Under the pieces are notes generated by a model. That model searched no databases and was not told the DNA's origin. It worked only from the letters and a program-made list of their open reading frames with translations. 64,000 nucleotides of DNA from a virus, in IMG/VR virus record IMGVR_UViG_3300022602_003048, positions 1-64,000 of that record. One strand, given 5' to 3'. Each line of letters opens with the position of its first letter. The stretch's first letter is position 1. This document shows, piece by piece, positions 48,274-57,720 of this stretch. The translations under genes were made by a program, and so were the position numbers.

Positions 48274-48792
48274 ACTCTTCTTTAATGCCTGTATAGCATC
48301 GCCTACGTGGCTGTCTTCGTATTTTATTCCTATACCACCAGCAGCTTCCCAAGCACGTATGTTCTTACCAAAATCGTCAATCAGTATGTTAGGAGTGCCA
48401 TCTGCTTGGGTGGCATGTGCTGCCTTGTTATGTGTGATAATCACTTCTTTTGGAGGGAACGCATGCAGATGCTTCTTGACCCACTCTCTCTTCTGTGGCT
48501 CGCTGTTTGGATCGCCTGCTAAGGGTGTGCTGCATATGTTGTAAGCACCTGCGAATTTCTTCACTGCTCCCAATAGCTTTCCTGCTCCTTGCAAGACCGG
48601 TAAGTCGATCCAAAATGTGGGATGATCTCTCACTAGCTGTAGCTTTGCTTCTGGATTCTCTATGTCCTTGTAGTGAGATTTACCGTCTAGCGCAGCCCAT
48701 GCTCCAAAGAAATCAGCTAATACTCCATCCATGTCTACGTAGACTTCTGGTTTCTTTTCTCTGCCTTCGCTGTCTACTTCGAATATCTTCAT
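48256..48792 (-). CDS. HAD-family 5'(3')-deoxyribonucleotidase with MKIFEV tag
   Basis: DMDGVLADF, K..W, LIDD...N..W..AGG.GI. Confidence 0.88.
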   Translation of the reverse strand: MKIFEVDSEGREKKPEVYVDMDGVLADFFGAWAALDGKSHYKDIENPEAKLQLVRDHPTFWIDLPVLQGAGKLLGAVKKFAGAYNICSTPLAGDPNSEPQKREWVKKHLHAFPPKEVIITHNKAAHATQADGTPNILIDDFGKNIRAWEAAGGIGIKYEDSHVGDAIQALKKSLLKPT

Positions 48793-49614
48793 CTATCCTA
48801 CCTCTTGGTATTCGATCCACTCGTCTGGAGTGACTCCTTGTTTCTTTTTAAATGCATCATGCAGCTGCTTTGGTGTTATATCGTTATCTTTGCTTATCTT
48901 TTTCATCATGCTATCGATCTCAAAATAGGTATGATCGCGCTTGTTAGTAGCCAGCAGGTCATCTTCTAGCCTGCTGACTGCTGTGTCTAGAGATTTCTCT
49001 AGCTTCTTCTTGGCCTTCTTATCAGCTTCAAAGATATTGCACCATCCTTTTGGATCTATGTTTCCTATGACAGCTGTGCATTGATTTGGTTTCTTCCACA
49101 TAGTGCATAGTTCGCAGTAGTTGTCCTTCTTAGGATGATCTTGGTACTTTACAGCACCCTTTGTCTTCCGAGGTTTGGCTACTTCAAACAGTTTTTTGTT
49201 GAGTTCTAAACCTTCTCTCAGCGGTTTGATATCAAACGCTTCGGGATGTGCTGCATCAAACTTGCGCATGATGATACCTGCGACCGCATGTGCTTCGTTT
49301 TCTTGTGGACTTCCATCCTCGCCGCTACGATGATTGATCTCGCCCTTGAGATTCTGTTTATAATGTACTAGCTCATGGGCTAGTGTGCGCATGATGTCTA
49401 GTATGTGTCTGTTTCCTATCTCTACTAATACTTCATTTGTGTTGTTAGTAAAACTACCAAAGCTGTGGTGCTTTCGGTGATGTTCACCGTCTATCGCCCA
49501 TTTGATAGGAGGTAAGTGATCTAGTTCTAGCATTTCCTTACACAGTATAAGGAAATCTCTGAATAAGTCAATCAGCTGATTTGGATTTGGGCTGTTTACT
49601 TCATTTATCTTCAT
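48793..49614 (-). CDS. Tagged (MKINEV) HExxH metallopeptidase fused to a HiPIP-like Cys4 module
   Basis: RTLAHELVH..Q...E.EA; YQD.P....CELC......C..V.G.I...GWC. Confidence 0.75.
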   Translation of the reverse strand: MKINEVNSPNPNQLIDLFRDFLILCKEMLELDHLPPIKWAIDGEHHRKHHSFGSFTNNTNEVLVEIGNRHILDIMRTLAHELVHYKQNLKGEINHRSGEDGSPQENEAHAVAGIIMRKFDAAHPEAFDIKPLREGLELNKKLFEVAKPRKTKGAVKYQDHPKKDNYCELCTMWKKPNQCTAVIGNIDPKGWCNIFEADKKAKKKLEKSLDTAVSRLEDDLLATNKRDHTYFEIDSMMKKISKDNDITPKQLHDAFKKKQGVTPDEWIEYQEVG

Positions 49615-49829
49615 TTCGTGCGCCCCCTAAACCCAACCGGGCGTTCCTGTGTTAGATAAGGCCTGCTAAACCACAGCTGGAACCATTCTGGAGTTCCTGG
49701 ACGTATGTTATTAGTCTTCATCAGATTGGCTTTTTCCATGCCAGTGACAGAGATATTGCTACCTTCATATGGTGTCATGCCCTTGTATTCTTGTATCCCT
49801 GCCAGTTTCCTAAGTTCATCTAGATTCAT
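49611..49829 (-). CDS. Small protein (MNLDELRKLAGI)
   Basis: Coupled ORF. Confidence 0.7.
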   Translation of the reverse strand: MNLDELRKLAGIQEYKGMTPYEGSNISVTGMEKANLMKTNNIRPGTPEWFQLWFSRPYLTQERPVGFRGRTK

Positions 49830-51322
49830 AATTTGAACGCCTTTAGATTTTTTTTGATAGTCCTTGGACCTACGTCTGCTGTGCTGTTTTGCTTTGTTAC
49901 AATTCCAACTCCTGCAGCTTCTTCGTCGACATTATAATCTGTTAGATTAATTGGTCTTATTCTAAAATGAGGTTGAAAATAATATCCTATATTTTTATTC
50001 AGATTTTTTAATACTTCTTGTTTTGCTAAGTTATATGCTTTATCTTTATCTTTAAGTTTTTTATAAAAAGTATAAAAGCTACTATTTTCTTTTATTTGCC
50101 TTTCAATAAACTTTTCGAACATAGGAAGAGTTAATCCAAATTCTTCAATATTATGTTTTTTGTAAATTGCTTCAATTGATAGTAATTGACTATCCTCAGC
50201 AACCGCAACATTTGGGAATTCATAAGAAGCATATTTCTTGTGATAATCAGGATTACTGCTACCACCGAAACGCTTTGCTATAGCGTTATATGCCCTAAGT
50301 CGACCTAAATCTTTCTTAGCAGCTTGGAATGAGATATTCTTGATCTCAGGATGGCGTTTCATATGATAGATGACGATGGCCTTTACTGTTCCTAGGATTT
50401 TTGCTGCGTCAAAAGGATGCTCACCAGTCATCTCTTCAGAATCATCGCTGGCCCTGTAAAATGTCACATGGCCTGTGCCTGTTCTTTCCTCATAAAATAT
50501 AGAGACATTGATTTTAGATCCCTTACTAGGGGTAAAACTATAGATGGAGACATTATCGCCATCATAACCTTTATACTTGAACTTATATGCAGAATCTAAT
50601 GTTTCATCTATGTCTTCTGCTGTGCCTCTGGAAGCTCTGAATATATCCTGTGTCGAAGCATAGTTACCCCATACATCGGCAGCATTGCTGCCTTTCTTTC
50701 CAGCAGCACTTAGTGGGCTCTGGTTATCACCTGCTTCTTTGACTTTCTTGCCCTTCTTGGCAGCAGCATCTGCATAAGGAAGGAGATATTCTGCTACTAG
50801 ATCAAAGAATGGCTTGCCTGCTATCTTGGTTTCGCTTGAAACTCCGGCAGCATCGCTAAATGCTTTGCGATCACCCTTTATCACAGCGTCACGCAGGGCT
50901 GTAGCACTGCTCAAACGAGGAGTAGGTGTCTGTTCTATGTGTGGGAAATCGTAATATCCGTGTGGACCTTCTTTGCCGTTATACTGCATAATGGTCTTAG
51001 TGACCCAATCTTCATCAGTTAGGCACTTGAGATTTACTTTTCCGTGCTTTTCGTAAACCATGCTAGCCAAGGTAAGCCAACTGATTTCAGCTATTATATG
51101 TTTGGCTACGTCGGGCCATATAGCTTCCATGGCCTGTACTTTTACTTCATAAGGTAATGGATCCTTTGGGCCAACTGTGCTCTTGTTGGTACCTACGTAC
51201 CAAACGGGGCTCTTAGCAGCCAATTCCCAAGCGGCCCTATGTCCCTTGTGTGGTGGATTGAATCTGCCGAAGATTATAGCGACTTCGTTTCCAGTTGACT
51301 CAAAAAATTCTCTCAATAACAT
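49826..51322 (-). CDS. Tagged (MLLREFFE) HIGH-motif nucleotidyltransferase with extra modules
   Basis: FGRFNPPHKGH, SAT.LR; further modules after VKE/IDE/VAE/VDE sites. Confidence 0.8.
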   Translation of the reverse strand: MLLREFFESTGNEVAIIFGRFNPPHKGHRAAWELAAKSPVWYVGTNKSTVGPKDPLPYEVKVQAMEAIWPDVAKHIIAEISWLTLASMVYEKHGKVNLKCLTDEDWVTKTIMQYNGKEGPHGYYDFPHIEQTPTPRLSSATALRDAVIKGDRKAFSDAAGVSSETKIAGKPFFDLVAEYLLPYADAAAKKGKKVKEAGDNQSPLSAAGKKGSNAADVWGNYASTQDIFRASRGTAEDIDETLDSAYKFKYKGYDGDNVSIYSFTPSKGSKINVSIFYEERTGTGHVTFYRASDDSEEMTGEHPFDAAKILGTVKAIVIYHMKRHPEIKNISFQAAKKDLGRLRAYNAIAKRFGGSSNPDYHKKYASYEFPNVAVAEDSQLLSIEAIYKKHNIEEFGLTLPMFEKFIERQIKENSSFYTFYKKLKDKDKAYNLAKQEVLKNLNKNIGYYFQPHFRIRPINLTDYNVDEEAAGVGIVTKQNSTADVGPRTIKKNLKAFKL

Positions 51323-51330
51323 ATCTATTC

Positions 51331-52488
51331 CTAGGTTGGCGTCCAACGCTTTCGCGGCACGAATTTCACGTTGCCAAACTGCTTGTTCTGGTCAGCATAA
51401 CGCACACGCCCTTCGCCCTTAGTATCCCATATATCTCCCTGTGGTCCGTCCACTTGGTCGATGATATCGTCCTTCATCTTCTGTATCTCTTTGACCAGAG
51501 TGAACATGGCTTCCAGTGCTTGAGGATGCGCCACTGCTATCTCTTTTATCTTGGCCTGCTTTGGTCCGCTTACCTTGCTCTTAGAAAGCCACTCGTTGAA
51601 ACTTTTTGCTCCTAGATTGTCTAGCTGTTTGGCCTTAGCAGTCTGGTTTACATAGGTATAGATTATATTCTTGAGATCACTCATTCCTGCACGGTCTTCT
51701 AGGAAACCGTTTATCTGTGCGCCGTGCTTCCTGACATATGCTTCTACTTGGTCTATCGACTGTGTGTTGATCTTTACTGGTTTAGTGTTGTATACTGGTC
51801 CTAGCACTATGAGATTTTGATTGCTGTTGAACTTGCTGAAATCGCTGATTGGTTTCTGATCGCTATCTGCCATACCAAATTCTGGAAAGAACGCATGCCC
51901 TACGACCATCACCTGTGCATTAGCTATCCTCTTACCTAGCTCGCTGTTAGCACGGACATGGTAACCTGTACCACTCTTGGGGTTAGGAAAGAAGTTATAG
52001 ACTCCTTGTGCGTCTAACTGCGGACGCTTTAAGAACAGTCCGTCTGCGTAGACGAACCCAACAAAATCCTTAGGTGTTCCCTTGTTGAATATAGGATATA
52101 GGCTAGCGAATTCATCAGCAAACTGATCCCTAGCTTCTTTCTCTTCTGGAGTCTTTGGTGATCCGCTCTTGTTAGCGATGAAATCTTTTAGATCTTCCGG
52201 ATTGTCTGTCTTAGCACCTCGGCTCCAACCGTTGTGTCCTGCCAGTATCAGAGGACCGTTTTTAACCTCACGTCCCCAATATATCTGCGGATTACCGTCC
52301 CACTTCATGCGCAGGCTACCAGCACCTTCTTGGGTGCTCATCTCTTTTATGTGTGCTAGTGCTTCGCCAGCACCTTCGGTACCATGGAAGAAGACTAAGT
52401 CTTCGAGATGATTGAACGCACGACCTAGCTTCTTAGCAGGTGCAGCTTCCTCAGCTTCTCTGATACCAAACAGTTCATTCAACAACAT
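51331..52488 (-). CDS. Tagged (MLLNELF) protein with ligase-like KWDG motif
   Basis: HLEDL, KWDG.P, GEG.V, KFV.R resemble covalent nucleotidyltransferase motifs I, IV, V. Confidence 0.6.
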   Translation of the reverse strand: MLLNELFGIREAEEAAPAKKLGRAFNHLEDLVFFHGTEGAGEALAHIKEMSTQEGAGSLRMKWDGNPQIYWGREVKNGPLILAGHNGWSRGAKTDNPEDLKDFIANKSGSPKTPEEKEARDQFADEFASLYPIFNKGTPKDFVGFVYADGLFLKRPQLDAQGVYNFFPNPKSGTGYHVRANSELGKRIANAQVMVVGHAFFPEFGMADSDQKPISDFSKFNSNQNLIVLGPVYNTKPVKINTQSIDQVEAYVRKHGAQINGFLEDRAGMSDLKNIIYTYVNQTAKAKQLDNLGAKSFNEWLSKSKVSGPKQAKIKEIAVAHPQALEAMFTLVKEIQKMKDDIIDQVDGPQGDIWDTKGEGRVRYADQNKQFGNVKFVPRKRWTPT

Positions 52489-52491
52489 TAC

Positions 52492-52521
52492 TGATAAACT
52501 TCCTTATTGGAATATTTATCA
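52492..52521 (-). promoter_or_regulatory. Hairpin overlapping a late promoter and the SD
   Basis: TGATAAAtaTTCC-aataa-GGAAgTTTATCA; ATAAATA in the 5' arm, AAGGA at the loop/3' arm. Confidence 0.65.
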
Positions 52522-52734
52522 ATCCAAGTGTACTGTAAAGTACTGTCCATTATGTGCCCCTCGATAGGGGATGGTCTCGTCAGCACGTACCATGAAGATC
52601 TCGATCTTGGTGCCCTGTGGACGCACAGTCATCTTGGTTTTGTCCTTGCTCAATATATCAGCAGAGATCTTTTGACCAGTTTCTGGATGTACAAGCGTGC
52701 ATTTAGTCTTGTTTGGAACCTTGGTTGACTTCAT
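52519..52734 (-). CDS. Hypothetical small protein
   Basis: GGAG SD and own sigma70 promoter. Confidence 0.7.
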   Translation of the reverse strand: MKSTKVPNKTKCTLVHPETGQKISADILSKDKTKMTVRPQGTKIEIFMVRADETIPYRGAHNGQYFTVHLD

Positions 52735-52755
52735 GATACTCTCCAATTTTGTTTA

Positions 52756-52784
52756 AGTATAACACAAAATCAGAGGATCGTCAA
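52756..52784 (-). promoter_or_regulatory. sigma70-type promoter
   Basis: TTGACG-N17-TATACT with extended -10 TG. Confidence 0.72.
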
Positions 52785-52787
52785 CCT

Positions 52788-55700
52788 TTATGCCCAGGTA
52801 CCTACACTGGTATTGGCACCACTTGCGCCGATCGGCCATATCTCTATAGTAGCACCTGCCTGCACGTATGAGCTAGACCCTGGGGTTTGGCTGTTAGAGA
52901 ATCCAAGTTGTGGTATCACTGTACCACCTGTGGTTACATCTATACTGCCATCTATGATAAGGTTGTAGTAAGCAGTACCGCTTATGCTATTTGACACAGT
53001 GACTAGGGTAGTGAATCCTGTGGTGATGTGGTTGCTCATCTGATAGACCTGGGTCGGAGTTGTTTGACCGCTGCTGCATGCTGGATTTACGATGTAGGTA
53101 TGCTGTGCCAATGTTGCGGTCCCTGCCAGTGCATACTGTATGCCGCTCGAAGTCCTTACTCCGCTTGACGCATATATTGTGCAGAGTATGCGATACTGAT
53201 AACGTGTTCCGCTGCTCAAAGTCACACCAACACCTAGCAGGCTCTGTGTGCTAGATTGGTTAGCTAGAGAATAGTTAGCGTTTAACACATAGTATTGCAA
53301 GGACGGTAATATACCACGCTGTGCTCCTTGTGGTGTGAAATATAACGCCTTGCCATCATATTCTGTAGCACCAGCTGAGGCACTGGTTAGGTTAGAACCA
53401 GCCACGAATGTCAGCGGATCGACGCTGTTGGTTCCTGCTGACAGTGTGACCGGACCTGGGAAAGTAACTGCGCTAGGCAAGCTGATCGTTACTGAACCCG
53501 TGCTAGCTGAAACTGATATCTGGTTAGCTGTCCCTGCTAAGCTGGTTACTGCTGTCTGCAGAGGAGTGAATCCTAATGCTGTAGTGACTTGGCTGGATGA
53601 GAGTGAACCGCTATAGGTTCCTGTTATGCTAGCTGCTGTACCGCTAACGTTACCGGTAACGTTACCGGTCAAGTTACCAGTGAAGGTCGTAGCACTCACG
53701 CTGGTCAGCCCGCCTAGAATGGTTGATGTAGCACCTAGTGAGATGCTGGTAGAACCTATAGTAACTGAGCTGTTAGTGAGCTTGCTGTTGGCGATGCTGC
53801 CTGCTAACATGGCGTTTGTTACAGTGCCAGTGTCATTGGATGTTATTATGCCAGTCACTGAACCGGTGTATCCGTTGACAGCGAGGACGCCATTGTTGGT
53901 TATAGTAACATTGCCTGTGCCTGAGCTAACTCCTATACCTAGTCCTGCTACAGCAGAAGTAACACCTGCGTTCGTCAGTGTACCGCCACCAGTGACTGCT
54001 AGTCCTGTGCTGACTATCACACTACCGAGCGTTGAAGTAGTCGCTGCTATGTTTGGACCAACCGATCCAGTATAACCTATGTTGCCCTGCGATCCCGCAT
54101 AGCCGACTGTTCCCTGCGATCCAGTGTAACCGAACGATCCCCAATAGCCCTGCGAGCCTGTGTAACCATAGGAACCAGTAAATCCGAATGATCCAACAAA
54201 ACCTAGATTGCCCTGAGAGCCTACATATCCGACTGCGCCTAGTGATCCTGTATAACCTATGGTTCCTTGCGATCCCGCGTATCCACTACCAGTATAACCT
54301 GTGGGTCCTACGATAGCACCAACATCGGTCCATGCAGCACCACTCCATACATATAAGTGGCCGCTAGCAATGACTATGTATCCGTCGCCGACAGTGTTGC
54401 CGCTGGCTGGGAGAGCACCTACGGTAGCTACAGATCCCTTGAGTGTAGTGTTTGTTCCCTGTGCGCCCTGTGGACCTTGTGATCCTGCATAGCCTACAGA
54501 ACCCGCATAACCTGTGAATCCTATAGAACCAGTATAACCTGCGACACCAAATGATCCAGTGTACCCGCTGATTCCCTGTATGCCCTGTGATCCAGTAAAG
54601 CCAACGCCTTGCATGCCCTGTGGACCCTGTGAACCAGTATATCCGATAGATCCAAATGACCCGGTGTATCCTACAGCACCAGCTGCGCCAGCTGATCCTA
54701 GATAGCCTCTAGAACCAGTATAACCTATTGGAACAGTGCTGCTGACCGTGATAGTGCTTCCTGCTGTGGTCATAGACACACCGCTACCTGCAGTGAATGT
54801 TAGGGTATCGTTGTTAGAGATAGCAGTGATAGTGCCCTGTCCGGTCACGAATACGTTTTTGAATATGTTCTGCTGCGAACCTCCGTCTGCGTTGGTCAAT
54901 ATTATAGATCCACCGAGCGACACAGTGCCACCGCCCGATAGGCCAGAGCCAGCAGTTACAGTCACTGAGCTGTTGGTTAGCTTGCCGTTGGTAATGCTGC
55001 CGGCTAGCATTAGGTTAGTGACCGTACCTGTATCAGTGGTATAGACACCGTGTGTCACTGTTCCGGCATTGCCAGAGACGTTGCCTGTCACGTTTCCGGT
55101 CACGTTACCTATGACATTACCATATACAGATCCAGTGAATCCAGTTGCCGTGACAGAACCTGCCACGTTTAAACCTGTATCGCTGATAATAGCACGTATG
55201 TTAGTGCTTAGTGTCCCCCCGGTGTGGAACTTTATTACAGCACCTGCTGTGCTAGTACCTATCGTTAGGTTACCGTTAGCATTGTATAGATAAGCGTCAT
55301 TAGCTCCACTGACTGTCCAACCCACACTGGTGCCATTATAAGTACTGGAATTGATACCCATGTCTATGAAATAGCTGCTATCGTCGCCTAGGTCGTTGCT
55401 AGCTACGAAATCTGTGCTTGCGTTGGTACCATTGCTGTGGTTCTGCTGTACCAGCTGCACGTAAGAATTAGCATTTTCATCTATCTGTAGGAAAGCGTTC
55501 GGGTAAGCAGATCCAACGTAAGCAGTACCGAACCTAGCAGTATTAGAAACGCTGATAGTGTTAGCAGATAAGCTGCCTGTGTCTACTTCGCTGGCTACTT
55601 TTATGCCAGCAGTTCCTAGATCCCAGTAGTTGTTGGTCAGATTGTAGAGTATCTGTTGCGCGAACGGACTGGCGCCTAATATGATACCACCGCCGTCTAT

Positions 55701-57710
55701 CTGGCTCGCACCTGTTGATCCTGTAGCTAGATATAGTATCTTACCGGCTATTGTTGAGCTGGTGTTTACTGTGCTGGTCCCATTGACAGTGAGATTGTTC
55801 ACTGTTAGGTTGTTGAATGTTGGATTGGCAGTAGAATCTATGTTCTGTGGCAAGCTAAGCGTTAGGTTCTTGTTACCGGCGTCCGTGACATAGATTTGTG
55901 CCTGCGTACCGTACACATTCTGAACGCCCGTAGCGTTCATCGTGATGTTACCTGTAGTTCCGCTTTGGTACAGGCCGGTGCCCGCAGTGATGCTGGTTAC
56001 TACATTTCCTGTGATCTGGTTGGCGCTTACGGAACCAGTCCACGCAGTAGTTTGCCTAGTGCCATCTGACCAAGTGATACCTCCGCTGCCTCCCTGTAGA
56101 AGGGTGATGCCTGTGGTGTCTATGGTTAGGGTGTTGTCCTGTATGGTATTCGTGCCTACTGGTGTAAGGTTTATGGCAATCTTGCTGCCTTTGGCTGAAT
56201 CTGTGTAATTTTCAGCAGCAACAACGCTGATGTTTCCGACACCCAGACTATTAAAACCAGTCGCACCATAACCATTTCCGGCTATCCTCATCAGCGTGTC
56301 GCCTATCTGCGTAGCTGATGGAGCACTAACAGTACCTCGGGCCATGCGCCCTGCTATGACATTATATGTTCCTGCGCCATAGGCGTCAACGATTAGCCTA
56401 GCAGACTGTCCTGTTTGGTTGATCCAATGTGTGAGCGTTCCAGCATTGCTCAATGGAGTACCGCTTTGGCCGCTTCCATAGATCTTTAGAGGGCTGTCAT
56501 TTGCCCCAAATGCTGTTGAGATGACAGTGAAATTACCGCTGTTGACCGTAGTGCTTCGGTTGATGATGAAACTGCCAGTGGCTTCGATACTGCCTAACAA
56601 TATGTCCTGCGATGTATCTACTAATCCAATCTTGTTGCCGTTGAAGAGGAAATTACCGACCTGGAGTCCATCGCCACCTTGTACATATAGGTTACCATCG
56701 CGGGCTCCTATGGCTATATCTGTTCCTAGCGTCTCGTCTAACACGTAGATCGTGCCAGCACCTAACCATATTTCCCTGAATCTCCTGGCGGGACTACCTA
56801 GCCTCCATTGGTCTGTGGTATAGGGTAGGATATCGTTGTGAGGCACGATATTACCACCAGGTCCCGCATTTAGCGTGATATCTGTGTTGGCCTGTGTCTG
56901 TATACTCAATCCAGCGTTGACGATTGACCGTGCGGTGGTTACTGTAGTGCCTGCAGCAGGCGCGGTCGCTGTACCAAAATCAGTGTTAACTATCACATAG
57001 GTAGCATATGAATTGCTACCTACATAGACTACTGTGCTGTTCGTAGGGATACCGGCACCTGCTATTATATCTCCGACCTGTAGTATGGGTGAGGGAGTAG
57101 TAGTGAAAGAATAGACAGTCCAAGGAGCTATTATACCGTTGGGTATCCCATACTGTCCCACGGTCAATGCTGTAGTAGAACTGTGGTCTATCACTGCTGC
57201 TAATGTTAGGTTGGCTATGTTGGCTACTATCTGGCTGGTGTCGCTGATCAGCGTACCCGCCGGTATCTTGACGCCATTGGTTGATAGATATCCCGAGCCG
57301 TTGGGATTTATCACTATGTCGCCGTTGACATCATTGCCTGTTATGGTTTGGTCTACGATGGTTAGATTGCCTAGATTGTTGAAGTTGCTGGTAGTGAGAT
57401 AGCCAGCATCATTGAAGAAAGCACTCACATTGGTAGGGATCGCTGCTACAGATATAACACCATTGCTGTCGATGTTGATGTTAGAACCTATCTTCACGCC
57501 GCCTAGTGTTGAACTGGTAGCCTGTGGCAGCGTGTAAGCCATAGCGATGCGATTGGTATTGTCTGTGAGCTGGCTAACATCGGTAGGTATGTTCGAAGTA
57601 GCAGCGTAAACCTCACCAAAGTTCTGGTTGATCTTATCAAAGGCAGAGTATAAACCTTCTCCATCTCCTGCTAGCGGTCCTGAACCTATGTTGATTATCT
57701 GTTTTGTCAT
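52788..57710 (-). CDS. Long tail fibre/whisker protein with collagen-like region
   Basis: N-terminal INIGS....GEGL..AF.KIN.NF.E.Y; S/T/G-rich; Gly-X-Y repeats. Confidence 0.85.
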   Translation of the reverse strand: MTKQIINIGSGPLAGDGEGLYSAFDKINQNFGEVYAATSNIPTDVSQLTDNTNRIAMAYTLPQATSSTLGGVKIGSNINIDSNGVISVAAIPTNVSAFFNDAGYLTTSNFNNLGNLTIVDQTITGNDVNGDIVINPNGSGYLSTNGVKIPAGTLISDTSQIVANIANLTLAAVIDHSSTTALTVGQYGIPNGIIAPWTVYSFTTTPSPILQVGDIIAGAGIPTNSTVVYVGSNSYATYVIVNTDFGTATAPAAGTTVTTARSIVNAGLSIQTQANTDITLNAGPGGNIVPHNDILPYTTDQWRLGSPARRFREIWLGAGTIYVLDETLGTDIAIGARDGNLYVQGGDGLQVGNFLFNGNKIGLVDTSQDILLGSIEATGSFIINRSTTVNSGNFTVISTAFGANDSPLKIYGSGQSGTPLSNAGTLTHWINQTGQSARLIVDAYGAGTYNVIAGRMARGTVSAPSATQIGDTLMRIAGNGYGATGFNSLGVGNISVVAAENYTDSAKGSKIAINLTPVGTNTIQDNTLTIDTTGITLLQGGSGGITWSDGTRQTTAWTGSVSANQITGNVVTSITAGTGLYQSGTTGNITMNATGVQNVYGTQAQIYVTDAGNKNLTLSLPQNIDSTANPTFNNLTVNNLTVNGTSTVNTSSTIAGKILYLATGSTGASQIDGGGIILGASPFAQQILYNLTNNYWDLGTAGIKVASEVDTGSLSANTISVSNTARFGTAYVGSAYPNAFLQIDENANSYVQLVQQNHSNGTNASTDFVASNDLGDDSSYFIDMGINSSTYNGTSVGWTVSGANDAYLYNANGNLTIGTSTAGAVIKFHTGGTLSTNIRAIISDTGLNVAGSVTATGFTGSVYGNVIGNVTGNVTGNVSGNAGTVTHGVYTTDTGTVTNLMLAGSITNGKLTNSSVTVTAGSGLSGGGTVSLGGSIILTNADGGSQQNIFKNVFVTGQGTITAISNNDTLTFTAGSGVSMTTAGSTITVSSTVPIGYTGSRGYLGSAGAAGAVGYTGSFGSIGYTGSQGPQGMQGVGFTGSQGIQGISGYTGSFGVAGYTGSIGFTGYAGSVGYAGSQGPQGAQGTNTTLKGSVATVGALPASGNTVGDGYIVIASGHLYVWSGAAWTDVGAIVGPTGYTGSGYAGSQGTIGYTGSLGAVGYVGSQGNLGFVGSFGFTGSYGYTGSQGYWGSFGYTGSQGTVGYAGSQGNIGYTGSVGPNIAATTSTLGSVIVSTGLAVTGGGTLTNAGVTSAVAGLGIGVSSGTGNVTITNNGVLAVNGYTGSVTGIITSNDTGTVTNAMLAGSIANSKLTNSSVTIGSTSISLGATSTILGGLTSVSATTFTGNLTGNVTGNVSGTAASITGTYSGSLSSSQVTTALGFTPLQTAVTSLAGTANQISVSASTGSVTISLPSAVTFPGPVTLSAGTNSVDPLTFVAGSNLTSASAGATEYDGKALYFTPQGAQRGILPSLQYYVLNANYSLANQSSTQSLLGVGVTLSSGTRYQYRILCTIYASSGVRTSSGIQYALAGTATLAQHTYIVNPACSSGQTTPTQVYQMSNHITTGFTTLVTVSNSISGTAYYNLIIDGSIDVTTGGTVIPQLGFSNSQTPGSSSYVQAGATIEIWPIGASGANTSVGTWA
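54056..54725 (-). repeat. Collagen-like G(Y/F)(T/A/V)GS(Q/F/I)G repeats interrupted by one small globular insert
   Basis: Repeated GYTGSQG-type units in translation; boundaries approximate. Confidence 0.9.
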
Positions 57711-57720
57711 TTATGGCACC

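Noticed and set aside
54056-54725. CRISPR array or DGR-like repeat
   Set aside because: Repeats are degenerate at synonymous positions and in frame, so they are protein-level; no spacers, reverse transcriptase or TR/VR pair seen.
53060-57402. Many plus-strand ORFs antisense to the fibre gene (and similar shadow ORFs elsewhere)
   Set aside because: Explained by codon bias of the sense gene; no motifs, SD or promoters.
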